A stretch of DNA of 48,880 nucleotides from Mesotaenium endlicherianum (taxonomy: Eukaryota), in contig WELA01003502.1 of the NCBI GenBank assembly GCA_009602735.1, forward strand, positions 1 through 48,880, written 5' to 3'. The notes beneath the pieces were generated by a model, which saw only the letters and a list, made by a program, of their open reading frames with translations, did not search any database and was not told the origin of the DNA. Each line of letters opens with the position of its first letter. Within the stretch, counting starts at the first letter, position 1. Shown one piece after another: positions 17,877 through 27,587 of this stretch. The position numbers and the translations under genes were made by a program.

Positions 17877-19067
17877 ATGTTCAGATATAGTATCATAGTT
17901 TTTCTTACAGGAATTATTGGTTTACCAGCAGCGGCACAGCAGGTACTTACAGAAAATGAAGCTGTGGCTAAAGCATTAGCTAATAACAAGAATATTCAGG
18001 CCGCATCACTACAAGTAAAACAGCAACAGCAATTACTAAAGTCAGCTATCAACCTGCCGAACCCTGATTTTTTTTGGGAAAGTCCAACAGGCAAGTTTTA
18101 TACAGGTAGTATCACCCAATCTTTTGAATTTCCAACGGTGTACAGTAACCAATACCATTTGCAAAAACAGCAAATTGGTGTGGCACAAAAAGAGAAGCAG
18201 CTGACAGAGGCAGAATTAAAATACAAGGTCAGGGTTTTATACTTGGAAATACAGTATGCTGATTCGCTTACCAGGCAACTGTATATTCAGGATACCTTGT
18301 ATGAAAAGATAAAACTGTCAGCCATACGCCAGTTTAAGGCCGGGCAAATTGATTATCTGCAACAAACATTTGCTGAAACGCAGTATGGAGAAATTCACAA
18401 TCAATATCAGCAATCGCTTACTAGAGCCACATCCTTAAAAGCACAATTGCAGTGGTTCACCGGCATCAAAGATTCTATTTCAGTGGAACCGCTGACTGTT
18501 GTAATTACTCAGACACAATTCTCCCTTGCACCTGATTCCACAGCATTACTTTCAAATCCCGCCGTAAAGCTTTTACAGCAACAGGAGAATGTTGCCAGAC
18601 AAAATATTGCGTTACAAAAAAGCAGGGCTTTGCCCGGTTTGGCTTTTGGCTACTTTAACCAGGGCGAAAGGGATTCAAAATGGTTTAACCGCTTCAGGGT
18701 TGGTATAAGCATTCCATTATGGTTCGGGCAGTACAAAAGTAATATCAGTGCTGCCAAAACAGAACAGCAAGTAATTCAAAACAAACAACAGGGGCTACAG
18801 CAGGAATTATCAGCACAGGTTATAAATGCTAACAGCGAAATGCAAACTAACTGGCAGTCTGTTAACTACTACCAGCAAACCGGTTTAAAAAAGGCACAGG
18901 AAGTTATTACTACTTCACAGCGTTTTTTTGTGAGTGGTGAAATTGACTATATAAGCTTACTTAGAAACAGCAATGACGCATACACCGTTTACCAGAAATA
19001 CCTGGAAGCTGTAAGAAATTATAATCTCAGTGTTATCAATCACAAATATTTAATGGGTCAATTATGA
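17877..19067 (+). CDS. TolC-family outer membrane efflux protein
   Basis: Signal peptide; Gln-rich helical repeats; AGQIDY/SGEIDY; GISIPLWF; lies directly before an MFP gene. Confidence 0.88.
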   Translation: MFRYSIIVFLTGIIGLPAAAQQVLTENEAVAKALANNKNIQAASLQVKQQQQLLKSAINLPNPDFFWESPTGKFYTGSITQSFEFPTVYSNQYHLQKQQIGVAQKEKQLTEAELKYKVRVLYLEIQYADSLTRQLYIQDTLYEKIKLSAIRQFKAGQIDYLQQTFAETQYGEIHNQYQQSLTRATSLKAQLQWFTGIKDSISVEPLTVVITQTQFSLAPDSTALLSNPAVKLLQQQENVARQNIALQKSRALPGLAFGYFNQGERDSKWFNRFRVGISIPLWFGQYKSNISAAKTEQQVIQNKQQGLQQELSAQVINANSEMQTNWQSVNYYQQTGLKKAQEVITTSQRFFVSGEIDYISLLRNSNDAYTVYQKYLEAVRNYNLSVINHKYLMGQL

Positions 19068-20734
19068 AACGATTAATCATTCAATTTTTATTGGGGCTAT
19101 TACCGGTAATGGCATTTGCACACGGCGGCGAAGACCATGACGAAGCAAAAAAAGCAAGTGTAACGCCTGTAAGTTACTTCTCTTCTGAGGCTGCTTCTGA
19201 AATTTATGAAGTGCTGCTAAAGTACAGCCCGATAGTGCCAGGCAAGGAAACAATGCTTCGCCTGTACTTAAGTGAATACAATACTAACAAGCCTATTGAC
19301 AGCGCTAAACTGGAAATAACAGTAGCCGGTAATCCCAATATAAAGATTACTGCTGTGAAAATTGACAAAGGTGTATTTGAGTTGAAAACCACATTTCCTG
19401 AAAAGAAAGCATATAACCTTGTAGTCAATATCAATAGTTATGCAGGTATTGATTTAATCCAGCTAAATAATATTGAAGCTGGAAAAGAATTGGTCACAAC
19501 AACAACCATGAGCAGTCCTCATGCTCATTGGTACAGCAGTAACTGGTTTTTTGGAATACTTGGATTGCTGATTGGCTTACTTGTTATGTTTTTTATAAAT
19601 AAAAGCCGCAGCAGGAAAATGATTACAGGAGCTATCATTCTTTTCTGCCTGTTACCGACAGCAACATATAATCCGGTTTCTGCCCATGATGGTCATGATG
19701 AAGCTGGTGCAGCAAAAAGCGGTGGATCTTCTACAACATTTATAGTTGAGAAAGAAACGCAGTTCCTATTTAATATTCAAACACAAAAAATTGCTACTGG
19801 AGATTTTAATGAATCATCCGTTTTATTGGGAACTGTAATTGCCGCCCCGCAAGGCCGGGCTGTTATACAATCACCACAGGCAGGAAAGATTGTTTCCTTA
19901 AGCGTAGCCCCGGGCCAAAGAGTTGGTAAAGGACAGGTAGTAGCTGTTATAGAACAACAAGTAGATGCCGGAACGCAAATCAGTATCATTTCTCAAAGCA
20001 ACAGTGTAAATGCTGAGTATGAAGCTGCCAAAGCACAATATGAAAGGTTACTGGCGATAGAAGACATTGCAGCGAAAAAAGATATTACTGAAGCAAAGGC
20101 CCGGTATGAAAGTGCTAAGAAAAATAAAGCACTATTTGATGCCAATACAGGGAGGAATACAGGCAGCACAAAAGCGATAACCCTCACTTCGCCTGTTAGT
20201 GGTGTTGTCGGCACTTTTAACTATGCTATAGGTGCTGTTGTAAACAGCGGTGAAACCTTGTTTGAAATAACCAATCTTGACCAGGTGTTTGTGGAAGCTC
20301 AGGTTTTTACAACAGATGCCGAAAAATTGAAATCAGCCACCGGGTTTACCACTATTTCAAACGTGGATACGCTTGCTTATAAATTGAAAATGATTAGCAG
20401 TGCCCAATCAGTTAACAGCGGCAATCAATCCCAGAAAGTAGTATTTGAAATCATTAACCCCAAAGGTCAGTTTAAAATTGGTGAAAATGTAAATGTGCGG
20501 ATGACAGGAAACAATATCATCAGGCAGGTGGTATTACCCAACGAAGCTATCACAGATGTAAATGGTAAACCAGCAGTTTTTGTAAAAGATAAGGCTGAGC
20601 AATACAGTATCAGCTTTATTGTAAAAGGACAGAGCAATGATAAGTTTACTGTCATCAGCAAAGGTGCAGAAGATGGTGAACGGATAGTTACTGCCAATGT
20701 GTATCAAATGAAAATGATGTATTTAAATCAATAA
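19064..20734 (+). CDS. RND periplasmic adaptor (CzcB-like) with an extra N-terminal domain and internal TM/signal segments
   Basis: C-terminal MFP (SPQAGKI, SPVSGVV, LFEITNL); N-terminal AFA-HGGEDHDEA. Confidence 0.85.
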   Translation: MKRLIIQFLLGLLPVMAFAHGGEDHDEAKKASVTPVSYFSSEAASEIYEVLLKYSPIVPGKETMLRLYLSEYNTNKPIDSAKLEITVAGNPNIKITAVKIDKGVFELKTTFPEKKAYNLVVNINSYAGIDLIQLNNIEAGKELVTTTTMSSPHAHWYSSNWFFGILGLLIGLLVMFFINKSRSRKMITGAIILFCLLPTATYNPVSAHDGHDEAGAAKSGGSSTTFIVEKETQFLFNIQTQKIATGDFNESSVLLGTVIAAPQGRAVIQSPQAGKIVSLSVAPGQRVGKGQVVAVIEQQVDAGTQISIISQSNSVNAEYEAAKAQYERLLAIEDIAAKKDITEAKARYESAKKNKALFDANTGRNTGSTKAITLTSPVSGVVGTFNYAIGAVVNSGETLFEITNLDQVFVEAQVFTTDAEKLKSATGFTTISNVDTLAYKLKMISSAQSVNSGNQSQKVVFEIINPKGQFKIGENVNVRMTGNNIIRQVVLPNEAITDVNGKPAVFVKDKAEQYSISFIVKGQSNDKFTVISKGAEDGERIVTANVYQMKMMYLNQ

Positions 20735-20749
20735 CTAAAATAAACAAAT

Positions 20750-21199
20750 ATGAGAAAGTTTTTAATGATGTGCCTGCTGCTGGTAACTGTTACCACAACA
20801 TTTGCACAAAACGGCGATAAAGAAGCCGTAAAGTCAGTGCTGAATAATTACAAAATGGCAATTGAAAAGTTAGACACTACCGGTGTTGTGAATCTTTTTG
20901 TAAAAGACTCTAAAATATATGAACAGGCAAGCGATGAGGGCACAATCGGCCATTATCTGGAGCATCATTTAGGCCCCGAACTCAAAGAGTTCAAATCATT
21001 CGCCTTTAGTAATTACAAAGTGGATGTAACGGTTGCAGGCGAATATGCCTTTTCAACCGAAACTTATATCTACACAATCATTCTTGCTAAGGATGGTAAA
21101 GAAATAAAAAGCCAGGGAGTGGCTACTTCCATATTAAGAAAAACAAAGGATGGCTGGAAGATAGTACAAACTCATTCTTCATTCAGAAAAGCAAAATAA
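20750..21199 (+). CDS. Exported NTF2/SnoaL-like (DUF4440-like) protein
   Basis: Signal peptide; HYLEHHLGPEL; C-terminal GWKIVQTHSS. Confidence 0.75.
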   Translation: MRKFLMMCLLLVTVTTTFAQNGDKEAVKSVLNNYKMAIEKLDTTGVVNLFVKDSKIYEQASDEGTIGHYLEHHLGPELKEFKSFAFSNYKVDVTVAGEYAFSTETYIYTIILAKDGKEIKSQGVATSILRKTKDGWKIVQTHSSFRKAK

Positions 21200-21222
21200 A
21201 TCTCTGACTATAAAAAGAAAAA

Positions 21223-21576
21223 ATGAAACACCTAAAATCAATGATGCTGTTACTGATTGCAACAATCACCTTTACAGCAACAAAAGCACAGGATACCAAG
21301 ACCGAAACCTTCAAAGTATGGGGCAATTGCGGTATGTGTAAAAAAACAATTGAAAAGGCAGCTAAAACAGATGGAGTTGAAAAAGCAGAGTGGAACAGGG
21401 AAACAAAAATATTTACCCTTGTGTATAATCCGGCAGTTATCAGCAATGAAAAAGTACAAAAAGCTATTGCCGCTGTAGGTTACGATACGGAAAAATTTAC
21501 CGGCGATGACAAGGCTTATGAAAAACTCCCCGGCTGCTGCCATTATGAGAGAAAAATGAAAGAGGATATTAATTAA
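21223..21576 (+). CDS. Periplasmic heavy-metal-associated (HMA) domain protein
   Basis: Signal peptide; GNCGMCK; AVGYD; LPGCCHY. Confidence 0.88.
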   Translation: MKHLKSMMLLLIATITFTATKAQDTKTETFKVWGNCGMCKKTIEKAAKTDGVEKAEWNRETKIFTLVYNPAVISNEKVQKAIAAVGYDTEKFTGDDKAYEKLPGCCHYERKMKEDIN

Positions 21577-21609
21577 TTCGTCACTTTTTAAAAAATCAAA
21601 TAAACAACA

Positions 21610-22611
21610 ATGAAACAAATATTTAAAATTGCCCTGCCAATACTGGCTCTTGGTACAATTGTTTTTTTCACTGCCTGCAATAACAGCGGAACAAACTCTA
21701 AAAAGGAAAATGCTGATTCAACCCATACGGAAGCGGCTCACAGTGGCGACCATACGTTTGCCTGCCCTATGCATCCTGAAATAATAGGAAAAGAAGGTGA
21801 TACATGCCCTAAGTGCGGTATGAAACTGGAACATAATGATAATGCAACCGCAGCAACGAATGTATCCATGCAATTCAACACCACTCCGGCAACTGCGAAA
21901 CCAAATGAGGAAATTACTTTGTCGCTAACACCAAAAATGAAAGATAATCCCAATGAACAAGTTCCTTTGGATGTTGAACACACAAAGAAAATCCACCTGA
22001 TAATTGTAAACGATGACCTTAGCTGGTTTGACCACATACATCCTGAGTTGAACGCAGATGGCTCTTATACCGCTAAAGAAAAATTTCCTGCACCCGGCAA
22101 GTACACTTTGTTTGCTGACTATAAGCCAAGCGGTGCTAACCATACAGTTGACTATCTGAATGTAACGGTGGAAGGAACAGTGCCTGCCGCAAAGGTTTAC
22201 GGACCCGATAAGTTAACCGGCACTGCAGGTGACGGATTTTCTGTGTCACTTGCCCCGGAAGGAGGAAAGTTTTTAACCAACATGGCTATGCATATTAACG
22301 GTGTTATGATGCTTAATGGTAAAGAAGTAGATGTAAACACTTTAGAGGATTACCTCGGTGCAAAAGCCCATATGGTAGTTGTAAGCCTTGCCGATAAAAA
22401 ATATTTGCATGTTCATCCAAGTGTGGAAGGTGGCAAGTTTGATTTGCATACAACATTTGATAAGCCGGGTGTATATCGTGGTTGGATACAATTCCAGAGT
22501 AAAGGGAAAGTTTACACCAGCGACTTTGTAATGAATGTTGCAGAAGGCAACGCTGATAATATGAAAGGCATGGATATGAAAAAGGACGAACATACTGACC
22601 ATGCACATTAG
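21610..22611 (+). CDS. Heavy-metal-binding-domain lipoprotein
   Basis: FTAC lipobox; FACPMHPE...CPKCGMKL; HIHP and HVHP repeats; His-rich C-terminus. Confidence 0.8.
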   Translation: MKQIFKIALPILALGTIVFFTACNNSGTNSKKENADSTHTEAAHSGDHTFACPMHPEIIGKEGDTCPKCGMKLEHNDNATAATNVSMQFNTTPATAKPNEEITLSLTPKMKDNPNEQVPLDVEHTKKIHLIIVNDDLSWFDHIHPELNADGSYTAKEKFPAPGKYTLFADYKPSGANHTVDYLNVTVEGTVPAAKVYGPDKLTGTAGDGFSVSLAPEGGKFLTNMAMHINGVMMLNGKEVDVNTLEDYLGAKAHMVVVSLADKKYLHVHPSVEGGKFDLHTTFDKPGVYRGWIQFQSKGKVYTSDFVMNVAEGNADNMKGMDMKKDEHTDHAH

Positions 22612-22647
22612 TAATTAATTTATTTTCTAACAATAAAATTTTAAACA

Positions 22648-23076
22648 ATGAAAAAGATAACAATCCTGGCTACAATGATGCTGATAGCATCCTTTACCAC
22701 ATTTGCACAACATAGCGGCGGCGACCATAAACATGGTTCACCACATGGAGGAACAGTTAAATCTGCCGGTGATTTTCATATTGAAGTAAGTGTAAAAGAT
22801 GGAATGGTGATGGCCTATTTACTGGACGGCAAGGAAAAAGCGATGAAGAATACAGGTGTAACGGGAACAGCGGTTATACAAATGGTTGATGGGCAAACTT
22901 CAAATATTACATTAATCCCAAGTGGAAACGAAGGGTTTATGTACACTCTTGACAAGAATAAAAAGTACAACAAGGCCATTGTAACGTTTACAAGCGGTGG
23001 TAAAACTGCATCAGCTTCGTTTGACCTGACTGTAAAGGCCAAGCCTGCAGCAGATGGACATGACCATCAACATTAA
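22648..23076 (+). CDS. Exported His-rich hypothetical protein
   Basis: Signal peptide; DHKHGSPHGG; C-terminal GHDHQH. Confidence 0.75.
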   Translation: MKKITILATMMLIASFTTFAQHSGGDHKHGSPHGGTVKSAGDFHIEVSVKDGMVMAYLLDGKEKAMKNTGVTGTAVIQMVDGQTSNITLIPSGNEGFMYTLDKNKKYNKAIVTFTSGGKTASASFDLTVKAKPAADGHDHQH

Positions 23077-23084
23077 TCCGTAAA

Positions 23085-23117
23085 ATATCATGGCAGGCAA
23101 TCCACCTGCCATGATAT
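23085..23117. other. Perfect 13-bp hairpin without U-tract (mRNA-stabilising or weak terminator)
   Basis: ATATCATGGCAGG-caatcca-CCTGCCATGATAT. Confidence 0.65.
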
Positions 23118-23168
23118 AACCAATTGCATTGTTTTTATAAGTACCGTTAAAAAATTATTTAACACCGG

Positions 23169-24080
23169 ATGTTGGAGCCTGCTCAAAAATATGATGCTGA
23201 AGTTAAACTGAGACTTATACCGGATATAATTCCGGGATGGAAAACAATTATAACACTGGTTTCCATAACAGTACTTTTTGGTTTCTCAATCTGGTGGTTC
23301 AATAAAAACCCGGCTTTACAGGGTTTGTGGAACAACTTCATCATTGACAAAAGGGTGCCTGCGTCATTTTGCGAACAGCTGCATATAAACAGCCCGGTCC
23401 GTCAGCCGGTTAATACTTTTAGTAACATAATTTATTTGGTTACCGCTATCATCATTTTGAGTGCCTCATGGAAAAGCAAACGTTCAAACACAAATGAGCA
23501 CCTGGTTAAAAGCAATTTTTTCTCAATTCTTTTTGCCTTTGTGCTGCTGTATGTTTTTGCTGCAAGTACTTTTTACCATGCTTCTCTCATCGGAATAGCT
23601 CATACGCTTGATTATTCTGCTGTATTTTCTTTTTCGCTTTTCCCTGTTATGTTTCTTCTATATCAATGGTGGCTTATGAAAAAGAAAAAATTGTCAAATA
23701 CGAAAAGGAGAAAAACAGAAATCCGTTTTTTATTGGTTTTTTGCGGCGCTAACCTTGGGCTGGCTTTGCTAACGCCAAAGGGCAAGGAACAGATTGTAGC
23801 CATATTACTCGTTTTGTTTTTTTTGGCAACAGCTATTATTACCCTCGTAATTGAGAAACATAAGTCCGGGACCAGTTATCTTATTTACTCCATCCTTGCG
23901 GTTCTGACGGCGACGGTATGGTTTGAGTTTGATAAAAATAAAATTGCATGCAACCCAAGAAGTTTTTTTCAGCCGCATAGTCTTTGGAATGTTTTTATTG
24001 GGGTATCAGCATTCTGGTTTTACCTGTATATGTGTATAGAGAAAAGCGGTGAACCTTTAATTGTAAAATTGGAACAATAG
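23169..24080 (+). CDS. Ceramidase/CREST-superfamily multi-pass membrane protein
   Basis: FCE...QPVNTFSN; STFYHAS (SxxxH); LDY; HSLWN; start uncertain. Confidence 0.7.
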   Translation: MLEPAQKYDAEVKLRLIPDIIPGWKTIITLVSITVLFGFSIWWFNKNPALQGLWNNFIIDKRVPASFCEQLHINSPVRQPVNTFSNIIYLVTAIIILSASWKSKRSNTNEHLVKSNFFSILFAFVLLYVFAASTFYHASLIGIAHTLDYSAVFSFSLFPVMFLLYQWWLMKKKKLSNTKRRKTEIRFLLVFCGANLGLALLTPKGKEQIVAILLVLFFLATAIITLVIEKHKSGTSYLIYSILAVLTATVWFEFDKNKIACNPRSFFQPHSLWNVFIGVSAFWFYLYMCIEKSGEPLIVKLEQ

Positions 24081-24121
24081 TTATTTTATATGAATAATGC
24101 AGTGGTTAAGGTTTGATGGTG

Positions 24122-24200
24122 AACAACAGGCGGCCTGCTGCCCTCTTTCCATTCAGCAGTGATGGAGGATTTTTTCTCAGGCAGCAGGCGCCTGTTTGTT
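24122..24200 (+). other. Long GC-rich stem-loop upstream of czcA
   Basis: AACAACAGGCGGCCTGCTGCC / GGCAGCAGGCGCCTGTTTGTT with apical TCCATTCA/TGATGGA. Confidence 0.65.
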
Positions 24201-24279
24201 GTAACTCTAATATTGAATCAATTATTTGAACTACTTCAGATAATGTGTATCTGAAAACATACTATTTAAATTATTTGAA

Positions 24280-27200
24280 ATGCTGAACAGACTCATACAC
24301 TTCTCTCTTAAGAACCGTTTACTTGTGGTGGCTACAGCTGCTCTGTTAATGGTGTATGGCGTTTTTACTTTGGTAAACCTGCCTGTGGATGTTTTACCTG
24401 ATTTAAACCGGCCCAGGGTAACTATTTTCCTTGAATCTAATGGCATGTCACCAGAAGAAATTGAAGCGCAGGTTATATTACCCGTTGAAACTTCTTTGAA
24501 TGGCGCACCTGGAGTAGAAGTAGTAAGGTCAGTAGCATCTCCCGGATTGGGTTTGGTATTTGTAGAATTTGACTGGAAGACGGATATATACAGGGCCCGG
24601 CAATTGACTGCGGAGAAAATACAAACGGTTCAACTGCCTAATAAGATTGTACCTGTAATGGGGCCTATCAGCTCTGTTATGGGACAGTTTATGATGATAG
24701 CCGTTTCTTCCGATACTACATCTCCTGAAGATTTGAGAACGCTGAGTGATTTTGTTATCCGCAGAAGGCTGATGAGTGTTAAAGGTATTGCACAGGTAAT
24801 TCCCATTGGCGGTGTCCGGATGCAGTACCAGGTTTTAATTTCTCCGGAAAAATTACGGCAGTATAATTTATCTGTAGGTGATGTTGACAATGCTCTGCAG
24901 CTTACAAATATCAACACAACAGGCGGCTTTGTAAACGACAATAAAGGCTCTGAAGTGTTGGTTCGTAATCTTGCACGGGCAAATACATTAGAAGATTTGG
25001 CCAATACGGTAGTAGCCAATAAAAATGGCGCACCTGTACTCCTTCGCCAACTGGCCGAAGTAAAATTTGGCGGGCCAGTTAAAAGAGGTGATGGTTCCCT
25101 TAATGGGAAACCTGCTGTAATCCTGAGCATAGAAAAACAGCCGAATGCCAATACGGTTACATTAACATCAGAAATTATAAAAGCAATTGATGATATAAAA
25201 AAATCAGTACCGTCTGATGTAAAGATTAATACGGATGTATTTCAGCAAAAACATTTTATTGTAAACTCCCTTACCAATGTGGAGGAAGCTTTAAGAGATG
25301 GGTTTATCCTGGTTATAATCATTTTGTTTCTCTTCCTTCTTAATTTCAGAACTACCATCATTACACTCACTGCTATTCCTCTATCACTTATTATTACGGC
25401 GATTGTTTTTAAAATGTTTGGAATATCCATCAATACACTTACACTTGGCGGCCTTGCCATTGCCATTGGCGAGTTGGTGGATGATGCGATTGTAGATGTG
25501 GAAAATGTATTCCGGCGATTAAAGGAAAACTGGATAAGCCCCAACCCAAGACCACTTATGAAAGTGGTTTATGAGGCCAGCAGTGAGGTGAGAAATTCAA
25601 TTGTATATGCCACTATCATTGTTGTACTCGTATTTCTTCCATTGTTTTATTTGCAGGGTATTGAGGGAAAAATATTTGCGCCATTAGGTATAGCATATAT
25701 CACTTCAATCATAGCTTCTTTAGCCGTATCACTTACCGTTACACCGGCTTTGTGCAGCTACCTGTTAGGTAAAAAAAGGTATCTCGACCATGTAAATCTT
25801 GCTTTCTGGAAAGGAAGAAAAAAACACACCCACACTTTTGAAGAGGCCGAACAGGAAAAACCTCATGGGCGGACTATTGAAGAAGAAGCTTTGTATGCCT
25901 CCTCTCATGACGACAGTACTTTCGTAAAGTTCTTAAAGCGACAGGACATCAAATTACTTAAGATAGGATTAAAGCATCCGAAAATAGTTATTGGCATTGC
26001 AATCACAATGATTATAACTTCTATTAGTGTCATTCCTTTTTTGGGAACAGAATTTTTGCCTCCGTTTAATGAAGGCAGTTTTACAATCAATCTTTCACTG
26101 CCACCAGGTACTTCACTGGAAGAAGCAAATAAAACAGGGAGCATTGCTGAAAAGGAAATTTTAAAAGTTCCGGGTGTGCAACTTACTGCCCGCCGAACCG
26201 GCCGGGCCGAACTGGATGAACATGCAGAACCGCCAAGCAACTCAGAAATTGAAGTAGCGTTAGAAGCCGATAAAATTGGCAACAGGGACAAAATACTTGC
26301 GCAGATAAGAGAAAGGCTATCCATATTAAAAGGTGTAACCGTAAATATAGGGCAACCCATTTCTCACCGGCTTGACCATTTACTTTCAGGTGTTCGGGCA
26401 CAGATTGCCATCAAAATATTTGGAAACGATTTGGCTGACTTACGCAGTAATGCCGCCAGGCTAAAAGATATCATCAGTACAGTTCCCGGCGCTGTGGATG
26501 TACAGGTTGAAAAACAGGTATTGGTGCCCCAGCTAAGTATAAGAATAGACCGTGCGGCTGTACAGCGGTACGGATTGCAAGTGGGTAAAGTAGCCGAGGA
26601 TATTGAAATTTTTTACAACGGTAAAGTAAGTACCCAGATATTGGACGGGCAAAAAACATTTGATATCGTTTTGAGAACCTCAGACAGTATAAGAAATAAC
26701 CTTGATGAAGTGGGAAACACACAAATCGCCACATCTGATGGAGCGCTGATTCCGCTAAAACAAATCGCACAAATTGAAATGGAAAGCGGTGTCAATTCTG
26801 TATATCATGAAAACACATTAAGGCGAATTGTGGTTTCTGCTAATGTACAAGGCCGGGACCTTGGCAGCACGGTAAAGGAAATGCAACAGAAGGTAAATGA
26901 ACAATTACAACTGCCGCAGGGGTATTTCTTGCAATGGGGTGGCCAGTTTGAAAGCCAGCAATCCGCTTCCAAACTCATCACAATACTGAGTATCTTCTCA
27001 ATTGCAGGTATTTTTTTAGTACTATATAGTCATTTTAAATCGAGCCGCATAGCGCTTCAGATTATGCTGAATGTGCCATTGGCATTGATAGGAAGTGTGG
27101 TGGCGGTATTACTCACCGGAGGTGTTTTTTCTATTGCTACTATGGTAGGCTTTATTACACTTACAGGTATAGCATCAAGGAATGGTATTATGATGATAAG

Positions 27201-27510
27201 TCATTACATACACCTGGTGGAATTTGAAGGCGAAACCTTTAATGATAAAATGATTATCCGTGGTTCGCTGGAAAGATTAGTGCCAGTGTTGATGACTGCC
27301 TTGGTCGCAGCATTAGCATTAATTCCATTAACGTTGGATGCCACTGCACCGGGAAAAGAAATATTATACCCTGTTGCTACTGTTATCCTCGGCGGGTTAA
27401 TCAGTTCTACTTTATTAGATATGATTGTAACACCTGTTGTATTTAAACAGTTTGGCAAAAAAGCATTGGACAAATACATAGCTGAGCATACTAAAAAAGA
27501 AATGGAGTAA
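24280..27510 (+). CDS. czcA: CzcA/CusA-family heavy-metal RND permease (divalent-cation type)
   Basis: DVLPDLN, GELVDDAIVDVEN, ELDEHAE, HRLDHLLSG, ERLVPVLMTA; His-rich cytoplasmic insertion. Confidence 0.9.
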   Translation: MLNRLIHFSLKNRLLVVATAALLMVYGVFTLVNLPVDVLPDLNRPRVTIFLESNGMSPEEIEAQVILPVETSLNGAPGVEVVRSVASPGLGLVFVEFDWKTDIYRARQLTAEKIQTVQLPNKIVPVMGPISSVMGQFMMIAVSSDTTSPEDLRTLSDFVIRRRLMSVKGIAQVIPIGGVRMQYQVLISPEKLRQYNLSVGDVDNALQLTNINTTGGFVNDNKGSEVLVRNLARANTLEDLANTVVANKNGAPVLLRQLAEVKFGGPVKRGDGSLNGKPAVILSIEKQPNANTVTLTSEIIKAIDDIKKSVPSDVKINTDVFQQKHFIVNSLTNVEEALRDGFILVIIILFLFLLNFRTTIITLTAIPLSLIITAIVFKMFGISINTLTLGGLAIAIGELVDDAIVDVENVFRRLKENWISPNPRPLMKVVYEASSEVRNSIVYATIIVVLVFLPLFYLQGIEGKIFAPLGIAYITSIIASLAVSLTVTPALCSYLLGKKRYLDHVNLAFWKGRKKHTHTFEEAEQEKPHGRTIEEEALYASSHDDSTFVKFLKRQDIKLLKIGLKHPKIVIGIAITMIITSISVIPFLGTEFLPPFNEGSFTINLSLPPGTSLEEANKTGSIAEKEILKVPGVQLTARRTGRAELDEHAEPPSNSEIEVALEADKIGNRDKILAQIRERLSILKGVTVNIGQPISHRLDHLLSGVRAQIAIKIFGNDLADLRSNAARLKDIISTVPGAVDVQVEKQVLVPQLSIRIDRAAVQRYGLQVGKVAEDIEIFYNGKVSTQILDGQKTFDIVLRTSDSIRNNLDEVGNTQIATSDGALIPLKQIAQIEMESGVNSVYHENTLRRIVVSANVQGRDLGSTVKEMQQKVNEQLQLPQGYFLQWGGQFESQQSASKLITILSIFSIAGIFLVLYSHFKSSRIALQIMLNVPLALIGSVVAVLLTGGVFSIATMVGFITLTGIASRNGIMMISHYIHLVEFEGETFNDKMIIRGSLERLVPVLMTALVAALALIPLTLDATAPGKEILYPVATVILGGLISSTLLDMIVTPVVFKQFGKKALDKYIAEHTKKEME

Positions 27511-27587
27511 TAGAACGATATAGCTAAACACCTTATTCAGCGATGAGTGTTGTTAAACAATATTGGCAACCGTTAAAAGTAAAAACA

